Shown: positions 46,107 to 56,309, numbered from the stretch's first letter. The stretch is 64,000 bases of DNA from Patescibacteria group bacterium (GCA_041660885.1 JBAZVM010000005.1:23568-87567); one strand, 5' to 3'. Notes: generated from the sequence alone by a model not told the origin. Numbers and translations: made by a program.

Positions 46107-47129
46107 TTAATCTGGATAATATTTATTTTTATTGGCAATGTGCTCTTCCCCAGTTTCGCTGTAAATGACATTGCCGCTGGGCGTATTTAAAAAATATATA
46201 TAATTAGTTTGTTCGGGATAAATAACCGCTTCAATGGAATCCAAGCCCGGATTGCAAATGGGGCCGGGCGGCAAGCCGGAATAAATATAAGTATTATATA
46301 AATTATCTTGCGCCAAGTCGGAATAAGTGGGCTGAGTGGTTTGTTTGCCCGTTACGTAATTCACCGTGGCGTCTGATTCCAGTTTCTTGCCCATGCTTAA
46401 GCGATTTAAAAAAACTCCGGCAATTATTTTTTTATCTTGTTTGGTCTGCGCTTCCTTTTCCACGATACTGGCCAGAGTAACAGCCTCGTAAATAGTCAGC
46501 TCTTGGCCGGCTAATTCTTGCTTCATGTCTTCGGTAATTTTCGTGCCGAAATTAACCAGCATTTTGTCGATTATTTCCGCGGCGCTGGCATCTTCGTACA
46601 AACGATAAGTATCTGGAAAAAGATACCCTTCTAAATTAGCCGTGATCGGTTTATCCGCTAAAAATTCGTATTTATTGTCTGGTAAAAAAATGCGCGTATC
46701 CGTGCTGTTTATTAAACTGATAAAATCATCTTTAAAAACCAGCCCATACTCCTCCAAAACAGCGGCCATATCTTCTCCGGTAAAACCTTCCAATAATGTT
46801 ACGGATAACTCGTTCTTCGCCAAACCCGGTTTAGTTAATTCATCGGCGGCTTTTTGCAAATTGGTTTGCTTGAAGCGATATTCTCCGGGCTGAATTTTAT
46901 TCACGCGATTATTAATGAATAAATATACTTTAAAAAGAAAAGCGCTGGGAATGATTTTTTTCTCTTTCAATTGATTCGCGACATTATCCACTCCGTCACC
47001 TTCTTTGATTACTATCAATGATTCTTCCTGATTTTTGCTAGGCATGGCAATGCCGATAAAATATGCAGCCACGCCGACGCCGGCGCATAAAATGATTAAA
47101 AGTACTATGACAATTAAAGCTTTTTTCAT
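46107..47129 (-). CDS. mltG: endolytic murein transglycosylase MltG (YceG-like)
   Basis: N-terminal TM, ASIVEKEA, NTYIYSGLPPGPICNPG. Confidence 0.9.
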   Translation of the reverse strand: MKKALIVIVLLIILCAGVGVAAYFIGIAMPSKNQEESLIVIKEGDGVDNVANQLKEKKIIPSAFLFKVYLFINNRVNKIQPGEYRFKQTNLQKAADELTKPGLAKNELSVTLLEGFTGEDMAAVLEEYGLVFKDDFISLINSTDTRIFLPDNKYEFLADKPITANLEGYLFPDTYRLYEDASAAEIIDKMLVNFGTKITEDMKQELAGQELTIYEAVTLASIVEKEAQTKQDKKIIAGVFLNRLSMGKKLESDATVNYVTGKQTTQPTYSDLAQDNLYNTYIYSGLPPGPICNPGLDSIEAVIYPEQTNYIYFLNTPSGNVIYSETGEEHIANKNKYYPD

Positions 47130-48193
47130 TTATAAATAATTATTTTTCTTTTTCTTTTTTAATTCTTCTATTATTTTCTTAACATCGGCGGAACGGTACT
47201 TATCGCAGATTAATAGCGCGTCTTCGGTTTCCACGATAATTTTATTGCGCAAACCCACCGTGGCTATTAATTTTCCGGTATCGGAATAGATTGCGTGTTT
47301 TTAGTGTCCAACCCAAGATGATTAGCTTTTATAACGTTGTCTTCCTCGCGCATGGAAAGCTCGTCTTTTAATCTGGCCCAATCGCCGATATCACTCCAGC
47401 CGACATCAGCCGGAATAGCCAGAATATCTTGCGTTTTCTCTATAATTGCGTAATCTATCGCGATTTTTTCCATCTTCGGATATACCGCGCTCAGTACTTT
47501 TTTTTCTTGCACCGTACCAATGGCTTTTTCTATTTGCGAAAGCTGCTTGTACATTTTAGGCAAATACTTTTCATACAATTTTAAAACCGTATCCACTCGC
47601 CAAACGAACATATTGGCGTTCCATAAATAATTGCCTTCGGCCACATATTTTTTTGCGGTTTCCAAAATCGGCTTTTCATGAAACGAAGTAACATGATAAA
47701 CTTCAGGACTTAATTGTTTTCCCAGCTGAATGTATCCGTAACCGACATCCGGACAAGTAGGCTTTATACCCAGACAAACGATTCTATGAGGATGATTTTG
47801 CACGGTTTTTTCCGCTAAAGAAAGCAGGCGCGCAAATTCTTTATCGTTTTTAATGGCATGGTCCGAACCTAAGCTGGCCACTATGGCTTTGGGATCGCTT
47901 TTCTTTATGTAAACAGATTCCAAACCAATGGCGGCCGCGGTTTCCCTGCGGCTTGGTTCCAATATCAAATTTTTTTCCAAAACCGCTCCCAGTTCTTTTC
48001 TTAAAATAGTTTCGCAATTTTTATTTCCAGAAATATAAATATCTGAAACCTTAACAGATTTTAAAGAACGCTCCAAAGCTTCTTGCAGCATGGTTTTATT
48101 TGAAAGCAAAGCATGAAGCTGTTTTGGTTTTTTTTCCCTGGATACGGGCCATAATCTGGTGCCGACTCCACCGGCGCGAATTACTATTTTCAT
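47130..48193 (-). pseudogene. mannose-1-phosphate guanylyltransferase-like nucleotidyltransferase with a frameshift near the 3' end
   Basis: MKIVIRAGGVGTRLWPVSREKKPKQL. The track ORF stops at 47267 (..TKNTQSIPIPEN*). A second frame continues ..IYSDTGKLIATVGLRNKIIVETEDALLICDKYRSADVKKIIEELKK to TAA 47132..47130, abutting the mltG ATG. The shift maps to a T5/A5 run at 47298..47302. Confidence 0.75.
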
Positions 48194-48969
48194 GCGGGTT
48201 TTATGAGTAAATAAATAATTAAAACAAAAGCCAAGGCAAAGCGATAATACGCGAACCACTTTAAAGAATATTTATCTAAAAACTTTAATAAATATTTAAT
48301 CACAAAAAAACCGACGACTCCGGAAACAAAAAAACCGATCAAAATAACTGTCCACTCATGCGCCGCCACGCCAACTTGGCTTAAATCCCAAACTTTTTTG
48401 AGAGTGGCTAAACCAAAAATCGGCAAGCCTATTAAAAAAGCGAACTCTGCGGCTTCTCGCCTCTTTAAATTCGTGGCTATTCCTGCTATAATCGTAATAC
48501 CAGAGCGGGAGGTTCCGGGCACCAACGCGAATATCTGCGCTATACCGATGGTTAAAGTCTGCTGCCAAGTTAAATGCTTCAAGGTGAGCAACGGTTTATG
48601 ATATTTTTCCGCCACAATCAATAGCACACCCACGGCTACCAGCATCACAATTATCACATTCAAACTGCGCAAACTGCTATCGATAAAATCCTCCAAAAAA
48701 TACCCAACTACTCCCGCCGGAATCGCACCCATGCAGATCAGCACCAGAGTCCGCGGAGATGTTTTGTAAAACTTTACCAGATCTCTATAAAAATAAATTA
48801 AGATCGCGAAAAACGTTCCGGCATGCAGAGCCACGTCAAAAGCCAAATCCGAAGTCAAATGCATATCGAAAATATCGTGCAGGATAATCAAATGGCCGGA
48901 GGAAGAAACAGGTAAAAATTCAGTAATACCCTGTACTATGGCAAAAATAATTGAATAAAATATATCCAT
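48190..48969 (-). CDS. uppP: undecaprenyl-diphosphate phosphatase
   Basis: MDIFYSIIFAIVQGITEFLPVSSSGHLII. Start trimmed to ATG 48969. Stop overlaps the downstream start (ATGA). Confidence 0.92.
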   Translation of the reverse strand: MDIFYSIIFAIVQGITEFLPVSSSGHLIILHDIFDMHLTSDLAFDVALHAGTFFAILIYFYRDLVKFYKTSPRTLVLICMGAIPAGVVGYFLEDFIDSSLRSLNVIIVMLVAVGVLLIVAEKYHKPLLTLKHLTWQQTLTIGIAQIFALVPGTSRSGITIIAGIATNLKRREAAEFAFLIGLPIFGLATLKKVWDLSQVGVAAHEWTVILIGFFVSGVVGFFVIKYLLKFLDKYSLKWFAYYRFALAFVLIIYLLIKPA

Positions 48970-49432
48970 GAATGAATTATTGAATTTTATTAGGGAAGGG
49001 CAAGCATTTATTATTCCCGCTTTAGTGCTTATTATAACACAAATTGTTAAAGTAGCGCTAGAGTGGCCAAAAACGAAAAGTATAAGGTTTTCCGATTTCA
49101 GCCAATACGGCGGCATGCCTTCTTCGCACACGGCTTTATTCGTTTCTTTAGGCACTATTATTTTTCTCACGGCCGGATGGCATTCGCCGGTTTTTGCGGT
49201 ATCGGTAATTATCTGTATTATTATGGTACGCGATGCTTTGGGCATTCGCCATCATTTGGGCAATCACGGTAAAATTCTAAAACAAGTAATAGAAGAGCAG
49301 GCAAAATTCCATAATTGCCGCATTAAGCACGAAAAACTAGTCACTCGCCTGGGCCACACTCCTTTGCAAGTCATGGTCGGGGCTCTGGTGGGCTTCTTTT
49401 TGACTGTTCTCTTCTATTTAATTTTGAATTAA
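48968..49432 (+). CDS. DUF212 (acid phosphatase/vanadium haloperoxidase-related) membrane protein
   Basis: QYGGMPSSHTALF and VRDALGIRHHLGNHG match the DUF212 pattern as recalled. 154 aa. Confidence 0.8.
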   Translation: MNELLNFIREGQAFIIPALVLIITQIVKVALEWPKTKSIRFSDFSQYGGMPSSHTALFVSLGTIIFLTAGWHSPVFAVSVIICIIMVRDALGIRHHLGNHGKILKQVIEEQAKFHNCRIKHEKLVTRLGHTPLQVMVGALVGFFLTVLFYLILN

Positions 49433-50602
49433 TCGTCCGATATAAAGAAAATGCCCTTTTCTGTTCATAAGGTCATTTAATGGCGTGATAACTACTTTTC
49501 CTTGATCTTTATTAGCTTCAATTACTTGATTCTCATTTAAAACTATAGCTACGTAATCGTTCTCAAAGAATAAAATATCGCCGATAATGATACCTTTTAT
49601 CGGCTGCAACAATTTATGTTTATGCGAAAGCCAAGCTCGCCAGTTTTGCGGGGTTTTTTCAAAATTCTTGTTTTCCGGGCCGGTTAAATAACCCTCAGGA
49701 TTTTCTTTGTAATCTTTTTCCATTTCGGTGCGAAAAAATATTCCCATATTGGCGTAACAACGCTCCACATAATTAGTATTGGTAACAAAACCCATTCTTA
49801 GGGGAATTTCCACTAATCCGGCATTGGTGGGATCATACCAAATTTCTTCAGTTTCTCTTAAAATCGGTTCGAATTGCTTTTTGTTAAAAACGCCATTCTG
49901 ATCAATATCCCAATCGTCAATATTATGAATGCTGTCTCCGTCTATATCAAAATCGTATTTATTGATTGTTTCGTCATGATCATAATCGCTGTAATAGACA
50001 TCGCTTTTTCCGTGAAACAAATGACTATTCATAAATAGTAAAATAATCACTCCTGCCGCATAGCCAAGAACGGCCAGGGCGTAAAGAAGCAATTTAATTT
50101 TTTGCTTATTTATTAATTGCTTAATTATGATTAAAGCCAGAATAAAAAAAATAGTTCCTTCCAAAATATAATTAATGGCAAAATAATTATAGCCAAAGCC
50201 ATGATTATACCAAGCAAAATTATCAAGGCCGAATAAGGCTTGCGAAAACGGATAAAGCCAAACAATTCCGGCGCCGATGGAATCGGCTAACAAATGAGTA
50301 ACGACCCCTGAAAAAAATAAAAAGCCGGCAATTTTGATGAAATGATTTTTTAAAATTAAACCGATAAAAAAAATTACCACGAAAAAAACCAAATAAATAA
50401 AAAAACTATGAGTAAAAACTTCGTGATGAGAAAAAGTGGCCGAAAAAAAATAATAATAAAAAAGATCCACATCGGGAAAAATTCCGCCGATCATGGCAAT
50501 CATGCATAACCAAATCATCTTTCTTACTTTTTCTTTCCCGCGCCAATACCGCCTCGTGAAAAAAGCCAATATAAGACTGGCGGGCGCGTGCGCGAAAATC
50601 AT
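49418..50602 (-). CDS. membrane-bound metal-dependent hydrolase-like (DUF457/YdjM-type) protein with extra C-terminal domain
   Basis: Polytopic His/Asp-rich N-terminal half (FPDVDLFYYYF, HHEVFTHSF, HLLADS). Soluble Asp-rich C-terminal half. Confidence 0.55.
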   Translation of the reverse strand: MIFAHAPASLILAFFTRRYWRGKEKVRKMIWLCMIAMIGGIFPDVDLFYYYFFSATFSHHEVFTHSFFIYLVFFVVIFFIGLILKNHFIKIAGFLFFSGVVTHLLADSIGAGIVWLYPFSQALFGLDNFAWYNHGFGYNYFAINYILEGTIFFILALIIIKQLINKQKIKLLLYALAVLGYAAGVIILLFMNSHLFHGKSDVYYSDYDHDETINKYDFDIDGDSIHNIDDWDIDQNGVFNKKQFEPILRETEEIWYDPTNAGLVEIPLRMGFVTNTNYVERCYANMGIFFRTEMEKDYKENPEGYLTGPENKNFEKTPQNWRAWLSHKHKLLQPIKGIIIGDILFFENDYVAIVLNENQVIEANKDQGKVVITPLNDLMNRKGHFLYIGRLIQN

Positions 50603-50608
50603 ATATCT

Positions 50609-50932
50609 TCAGCCTAAAATATTAGAAGCGTCGAATTTCGACCAAGAATTAACATCGTTGTTCCAAATAAACGCGTCCAAGAAACTTACTTCTTCATTCT
50701 CGGAATAAATTTTTTCTTCGTTGGAGGTGGCGCCAATGCGCTTGCTGGCGTATAATTTGCTGCCGATAAATTTCGGGCGAATTACGCGTTCCAATTTTAT
50801 TCGTCCCACATTGGGCACTTCAAACACATAATATTCCCCATATCCCGGATCAAGCTCTTCTTCGCCATGATCTTCCACCGTGAATTTAGATTCGATCAAA
50901 GCGCTTATTTGCTGCCATTTTTCGTCTGTCAT
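50609..50932 (-). CDS. hypothetical protein (107 aa)
   Basis: Intact ORF whose start overlaps the upstream stop. No motif recognised. Confidence 0.55.
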   Translation of the reverse strand: MTDEKWQQISALIESKFTVEDHGEEELDPGYGEYYVFEVPNVGRIKLERVIRPKFIGSKLYASKRIGATSNEEKIYSENEEVSFLDAFIWNNDVNSWSKFDASNILG

Positions 50933-51747
50933 GATTTGTTTAATTTAGTTTCTAATAAAGCCAAATACCAAAAAGTAGCCGACCAAGATATCATCAAAGG
51001 CATAATTTTTTGGGTCATGGCTTGCTCGATTTTTTTCGTCCACCCGGTTCTGATAAATTCCGGATAAATATCCATTTTAAAAACTTTTTCTATTTCGCCA
51101 ATGCATTTATTCTGGATAAATAAAGGATTTTGACCTTTTTTTTCCAGATATTCTTTAACAAAATCATGAAAAATTTTAACCGGACCGAAAGTTTTCCCCA
51201 CGGTTTTATAAGCTAGTTTAGTTTCGAATTTAAAGTGTTCCCACTCATAGGAAACACCTTCCTTAATATGCGGTATACCCTCTTCTTCCCAATCACTTTT
51301 AATTAACCAAAGAAAATAGCGTATCTGCAAATTGGCATAACGCCCGTAATGATGGCAAGGAGTGAGCGAATCTGCAATCAAGTGAGATAAATAAGCGGCC
51401 CGGCGAGCCACGCGCAAAATATTTATGGGATTTTTCTTTTTCTTTAATAATTTCAACAATATAAAAAAATTATTTTTAATACCCAAAGGGGCTTCGCCCT
51501 GTCCGTTTTTCGGATTATAAAACATTGTTGAAGAGTTCAGTTTTCCTTCGAACCATAAACCATCCAAGCCGTTTAATTCCTCGTAGATGTTAATATCTTG
51601 GATGCCGACAAAATCTTTTTTCAAATCGAAGCGGCTGTCTCCGGCCACGGTTTTTTGAAGTAAAGCATACGCCTCGCGATTAATCACGAAATGCGTGCCC
51701 CAATTATAACGGGGAAAAATCCAGCCAATGTATTTGCCGCCGTGCAT
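50929..51747 (-). CDS. hypothetical protein, possibly zinc phospholipase C / P1-nuclease fold
   Basis: NWGTHFVINREAYALL near the N-terminus and HLIADSLTPCHH. Weak resemblance only. Confidence 0.5.
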   Translation of the reverse strand: MHGGKYIGWIFPRYNWGTHFVINREAYALLQKTVAGDSRFDLKKDFVGIQDINIYEELNGLDGLWFEGKLNSSTMFYNPKNGQGEAPLGIKNNFFILLKLLKKKKNPINILRVARRAAYLSHLIADSLTPCHHYGRYANLQIRYFLWLIKSDWEEEGIPHIKEGVSYEWEHFKFETKLAYKTVGKTFGPVKIFHDFVKEYLEKKGQNPLFIQNKCIGEIEKVFKMDIYPEFIRTGWTKKIEQAMTQKIMPLMISWSATFWYLALLETKLNKS

Positions 51748-51748
51748 A

Positions 51749-53716
51749 TTAAAACTCCAAGCTCTTTACTTCTTCGAAAGTGTTTTCATCAAGCACGACG
51801 ATTTTATTTTGGCCGATAATGTATAAGTAGTCGTTAATATATATGGCTCGGCTGATAGCAAATCCGGCGATAGTCTTTTTCAACTCTAAAGTATTACCGG
51901 CGTAAGAAAAGACATACCCGCCTTCCGCGCCTGGCATGAAGAATATTTCATGCGCGCTATCCTGCAAAAAAGCGTGATGCGTGTTTAGCACATCCGACCA
52001 ATAATCGTTCATGCTGTATTTGGCCAATTCTTCTGGGTTGGCCGCGTCTGAAACGTCGAAGAGGGATAGCTTCACTTTATTTTCTTCTTTACCGACACCC
52101 AGAATTAAATCTTCGTTAAGCGGATGCAGATAAGAGGAGTACCCAGGAATTTTCAATTCTCCCACTTTTTGCGGATTGGCCGCGTCTTTTAAATCTAAAA
52201 CGTAAAATGGATCGGTTTCCTTGAAAGTAACGACATAACCTTTTTCGCCCACGAAACGAGCCGAATAAATGCGTTCGCCTACTCCCAAATCCAGCACCGA
52301 GCCGATTTGTTCCAGATCGTTGTTTAAAACATATAAATCATTGGCGCTGTTGGAATCGAACATCATATCCTCGCCTACGGTTACGGCCATTCTTAAATTA
52401 TCTTCATATTCATCCAAGGAAAATTGATTGAGCGGCTTGCCTGGTATTTCTCCGGTTTTTTCCACGGCCAGATCATCGATGTTCACTTTGGTAATGGCTG
52501 TTCTTTCTATGTCGCGTTTTCTTTTTTCCAAATAAGTTTGTAATTTATTTTCCATATCGTTCTCCAGCTTCAGCCGTTCGTCTTCCGGTAAAGTATTCAG
52601 ATAATTATCCATAATCACGCTTAGTTCCATCATTTTCGGCTCTTGGGAAATATCGTATCCGCGCAGTTTTCTTAAATCATCAATAACGATTTGCGGAAAT
52701 AAATCTTTACCATCTTCGGTTAAAAAGCTATACATCAGCTCCACCATGTCTCCGGGGTAAGTAAAAGTGACATATAAATAATTCGGAGACATATAAACCA
52801 CGGAGTTATTATACGAACCCACGAAAGAGATTTTATCGTTAACCGCGCCCGTTGCCGGATCAACCGCCATGATATTATAAGTAGCATCCGTAGGCACCGA
52901 CGTAAGAGGGTGGTATATCTCCGTGCAAGCAATTTCCACGGCTTTGTCTTCAATAGTTAAAGGCTTGATCGGACACGGATTATAATCATCAATATTAGTT
53001 TTAGTAATCAAATAAATTTTTCCGTTTAAAAGGCGGGCGGTATAATAGCTGCTTCTTTCATCAATTTTCATTTCCCATATTTTTTCCATTTTTGCGGGAT
53101 TTTTAATATCATACCCGAATATTTTATTGGAAGCGAAAATAATCAAATTATCATCGCTTAAAAGCAACTCCCCTCCTTCTTTGATTTCGCTGTTCATGGC
53201 TAATTCTTCAGGCGGCAAAGCATTAAAATTCTTGGTGTAGCTAGTGGGCATGGAGCTATCAACCGATAAAGCGTCGATGGGCATGTCAAAATACCAATTA
53301 TTTTCCATGGTTGATAAAAAAATTTCCTGGCCATTGGTTTTTACCGTGTCCGGCTCATCTATTCCCTGCACTTGCACATTAGTTTCCGAAGATCTTTCCG
53401 AAACAACCGCGGAAGTATCGGTTAAAGACGCTTCTTCGGTAGAGAGCATGGAAACATCTTCGATCATTTTATTGCGCGCAATGCCGCTTAATCCGCTGAT
53501 ACTGCCAAAACTGCTTAATTCGTTGGCTGAAGACAAATAAGTAAGGAATTCGGCTTCAGTATTAAAAGCTTCTACCTGCTTTAAATTTTTATGCGAAGTA
53601 AATAAAGCCAAATTACCCGATTCATTATAAAAATAGCCGATTAAAGCAATACCGCCGACCAATAAACCCAATGCTAAAAGCGCGATTAATAGAAAAAAGC
53701 TTTTTGATTTGAACAT
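51749..53716 (-). CDS. secreted beta-propeller domain protein (Beta_propel family)
   Basis: N-terminal anchor. GYVVTFKETDPFYVLDLKDAANPQKVGELKIPGYSSYLHPLNEDLILGVG is the signature I associate with PF09826. Confidence 0.8.
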   Translation of the reverse strand: MFKSKSFFLLIALLALGLLVGGIALIGYFYNESGNLALFTSHKNLKQVEAFNTEAEFLTYLSSANELSSFGSISGLSGIARNKMIEDVSMLSTEEASLTDTSAVVSERSSETNVQVQGIDEPDTVKTNGQEIFLSTMENNWYFDMPIDALSVDSSMPTSYTKNFNALPPEELAMNSEIKEGGELLLSDDNLIIFASNKIFGYDIKNPAKMEKIWEMKIDERSSYYTARLLNGKIYLITKTNIDDYNPCPIKPLTIEDKAVEIACTEIYHPLTSVPTDATYNIMAVDPATGAVNDKISFVGSYNNSVVYMSPNYLYVTFTYPGDMVELMYSFLTEDGKDLFPQIVIDDLRKLRGYDISQEPKMMELSVIMDNYLNTLPEDERLKLENDMENKLQTYLEKRKRDIERTAITKVNIDDLAVEKTGEIPGKPLNQFSLDEYEDNLRMAVTVGEDMMFDSNSANDLYVLNNDLEQIGSVLDLGVGERIYSARFVGEKGYVVTFKETDPFYVLDLKDAANPQKVGELKIPGYSSYLHPLNEDLILGVGKEENKVKLSLFDVSDAANPEELAKYSMNDYWSDVLNTHHAFLQDSAHEIFFMPGAEGGYVFSYAGNTLELKKTIAGFAISRAIYINDYLYIIGQNKIVVLDENTFEEVKSLEF

Positions 53717-53784
53717 ATATTTTATTAAGTAAATTAAAAAAACTGTCTATATTTTAATAAATTTCAAGGTAATAGTCAATCACA

Positions 53785-54789
53785 TTATTCTCCAGCCAAT
53801 TGTCCGCAAGCCGCGCTGATTTCCCGGCCAAAACGGTATCTTTGCGTGACAGTAATTTTTTCTTTTTCTAATACCGCCTTAAAAGCGGCAATGGCCTCGG
53901 ATGACGAAGGTTTATAATTAATCTGACCGCTAAAATTATAAGCTATCAAGTTTACAAAAAACAATCCCCCTAATTTATTCTTAAGCAACTTAGCCAGTTC
54001 TTTCGCTTGAGCGGGGCTATCGTTAATTTTATCCAGCATGATATATTCAATCATCACGCGGCGCTTGGTTTTCTTTATATAATTCGCTAGCGCGTCCAAT
54101 ACTTTATCCAGGGGGAATCTTTTATTGGCGGGCATGAGTTTGCTGCGCAACTCATTGTTCGGCGCGTGCAAAGACAAAGCCAAATTCACTTGCAAAGGAA
54201 AATTTGCTATTTTTTTTATACCCTCAATAACGCCGCAAGTAGAAATGGAAATATGCCTGCTTCCGATGTTAAATGCTTCTTTATCGTTTAATATTTTTAT
54301 AGCCTCGATAAAATTCATGAAATTTAAAAACGGCTCGCCCATGCCCATGAAGACGACGCCGCTTACCCGATGATCTTCTTTTTTCAGATAACGGCTGAAT
54401 AATAAAACTTGTTTAATGATTTCATCGGTCGTTAAATTTCTTTTCAAGCCTAGTTTTCCCGTGGCGCAAAAGTCGCAATCCATGGGGCAGCCCACTTGTG
54501 TGGAAACGCACACCGTATTGCGGCCGTCTTCGTGGCGCATCAACACGGTTTCAATCTTGCTGTTATCTTTTAAAGTAATAAGCCCTTTTATTGATTGCTT
54601 ATCTTCGGAAAAAAGTAATTTTGCATTAATATCAAGGGGATATTCTTTTTGCAATTGCAGACGCAAAGCCAGAGGCAAAGTAGTGGCTTTTTCCCAAGTA
54701 TCTATAAAATCACCGTAAATTGCTTGTTGCACTTGCTTTTGCCTGTATTTCGGCTGGCCGGATAAAATTGTTTGTAAATTGTTAAACAT
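53785..54789 (-). CDS. rlmN: 23S rRNA (adenine2503-C2)-methyltransferase RlmN (radical SAM)
   Basis: CVSTQVGCPMDCDFCATG, GMGEPFLN, and C-terminal ACGQL. Confidence 0.93.
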   Translation of the reverse strand: MFNNLQTILSGQPKYRQKQVQQAIYGDFIDTWEKATTLPLALRLQLQKEYPLDINAKLLFSEDKQSIKGLITLKDNSKIETVLMRHEDGRNTVCVSTQVGCPMDCDFCATGKLGLKRNLTTDEIIKQVLLFSRYLKKEDHRVSGVVFMGMGEPFLNFMNFIEAIKILNDKEAFNIGSRHISISTCGVIEGIKKIANFPLQVNLALSLHAPNNELRSKLMPANKRFPLDKVLDALANYIKKTKRRVMIEYIMLDKINDSPAQAKELAKLLKNKLGGLFFVNLIAYNFSGQINYKPSSSEAIAAFKAVLEKEKITVTQRYRFGREISAACGQLAGE

Positions 54790-55519
54790 AACTGTGCGGA
54801 TTTCCTTTCCCTTTATTTTTACTGACTACGTCTTTCAATAATTTTTCTCCAATTCTTTGCTTTATTTTATTTCTTTTTTTGATAATTAATATGATAATGA
54901 TTATTAGAATCAATAAAACTCCAATACTAATCCCCAAATATTTTCCAAAAATATTATTCAATGCGCTGAAATATGATTTTCCAAAATAATCATGTTTCAA
55001 AGAGGGCATGATTTTTGTGGTACGCCAAATTTCTGATATGGGGAAAGCTTCCTCCTTGCCAATAGCAATTACATATTTTCCCGTATTATTGGTATTGCTT
55101 ACAATTATTTCATAATCGCCTATACCTGCTTGTGTTTCATATTCCGGACCTTGATAATAATAATCCCCGCCGAATTCTTCATAATAAAGCGGCCAATTAT
55201 TTTCTTGATCGCTTAAATATTTTATCACTACTCCGTTTTTCTTAATAATGGCGTTTAGATTCTGTTTTTCGCCATTTTTATTGTTCTCTTCATCTTTCAA
55301 TATAGGAACCAATAAATTCACATAAAGAGTGAAATCCGCCGGGCTGCTGATTTTATAAATTGCAGAATCACCATTTAATTCTGCGTAATAAGCTTTAGAC
55401 ACTTCGGGATCCGTTACTCTTATTATAGTTTCTTTGTTTACCAACTGCGGCTGGTGAGCAAAAACCGCGCCAGCACTTATAATAAATAATGTCAGAGTTA
55501 TAAAAAATATTTTTTTCAT
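54782..55519 (-). CDS. secreted protein with C-terminal TM anchor
   Basis: Signal peptide ending ..GAVFA/HQP, a beta-rich ectodomain, and the TM segment GISIGVLLILIIIIILII. Confidence 0.65.
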   Translation of the reverse strand: MKKIFFITLTLFIISAGAVFAHQPQLVNKETIIRVTDPEVSKAYYAELNGDSAIYKISSPADFTLYVNLLVPILKDEENNKNGEKQNLNAIIKKNGVVIKYLSDQENNWPLYYEEFGGDYYYQGPEYETQAGIGDYEIIVSNTNNTGKYVIAIGKEEAFPISEIWRTTKIMPSLKHDYFGKSYFSALNNIFGKYLGISIGVLLILIIIIILIIKKRNKIKQRIGEKLLKDVVSKNKGKGNPHSYV

Positions 55520-55523
55520 AAAT

Positions 55524-56309
55524 TTAGTTAAATTTTTCTTTTAAAGCTTCGTTTGGCCTAGAGTAGCGAGTTTTTTTATATTTAGTGGTGTAAATGGCCT
55601 GCTGCGGGCAGAGATTATAGCAGGCCCAGCAATAACTGCACTTAGTTTGGCCGAAAACTGGATACGGGTCAAGCTTGATGTTTTTATACGGACAAGAGCG
55701 CGCGCAAACTCCGCATTTTTTGCATTTATCTTTATTCACTTTCTTTTCCCCGATCATGCCATGAATCATGCTTTGCGGATATCGGGGCAATATTTTATTA
55801 AGGCCGATATCTATTTTTTTCGGAATAATTTCTTTTTCTTGGTCTATATCGTTTGCTGTAATACTTAACCAATTAATAAATTCATTAAATTTTAATAATG
55901 CTTTTTTATTCGGGGCGTTTTTATTACCCAATCCCAAACTGATCATGGGCGGATAATTTTCCGGCATATGCAAAGAATGACCGCCGATAATTTGAAAGCC
56001 TTTTTCCGAAGCCAAACGCGCCAAATTAATTAGAGTTCTCCCGCTGGTAAAGCCGAAAGTATTAAGCACAAACGCGGGGATATTATTCACCTTTTTTAGA
56101 TGCGTGAAATATTCTTTAAAATAAGGGGGCACATCCCAAGCATCGGTATAGCTGGCAAAGCCGCACAGTTGATAGTTATCCGGAATTTTATCATGGCATT
56201 TTTTAATATCGCAAAAATCCCATTGCACGCTGGGAATTTTTCTTGCTAAATAATCGCAAGCTAATTTGGTGTTTCCGGTATTGGAATAAATAAATATTAT
56301 GGCACGCAT
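55524..56309 (-). CDS. flavodoxin-like plus 2x[4Fe-4S] ferredoxin fusion (EFR1-type)
   Basis: IFIYSNTGNTKLACDY (flavodoxin-like), CKKCGVCARSCP and CSYCWACYNLCP clusters. Confidence 0.75.
   Translation of the reverse strand: MRAIIFIYSNTGNTKLACDYLARKIPSVQWDFCDIKKCHDKIPDNYQLCGFASYTDAWDVPPYFKEYFTHLKKVNNIPAFVLNTFGFTSGRTLINLARLASEKGFQIIGGHSLHMPENYPPMISLGLGNKNAPNKKALLKFNEFINWLSITANDIDQEKEIIPKKIDIGLNKILPRYPQSMIHGMIGEKKVNKDKCKKCGVCARSCPYKNIKLDPYPVFGQTKCSYCWACYNLCPQQAIYTTKYKKTRYSRPNEALKEKFN

Noticed and set aside
47290-47305. Programmed -1 ribosomal frameshift at the A-run in the manC-like gene.
   Set aside because: The sequence in frame is U AAA AAC, not a true X XXY YYZ heptamer, and I saw no obvious downstream stimulatory hairpin. 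A homopolymer indel is the simpler explanation.
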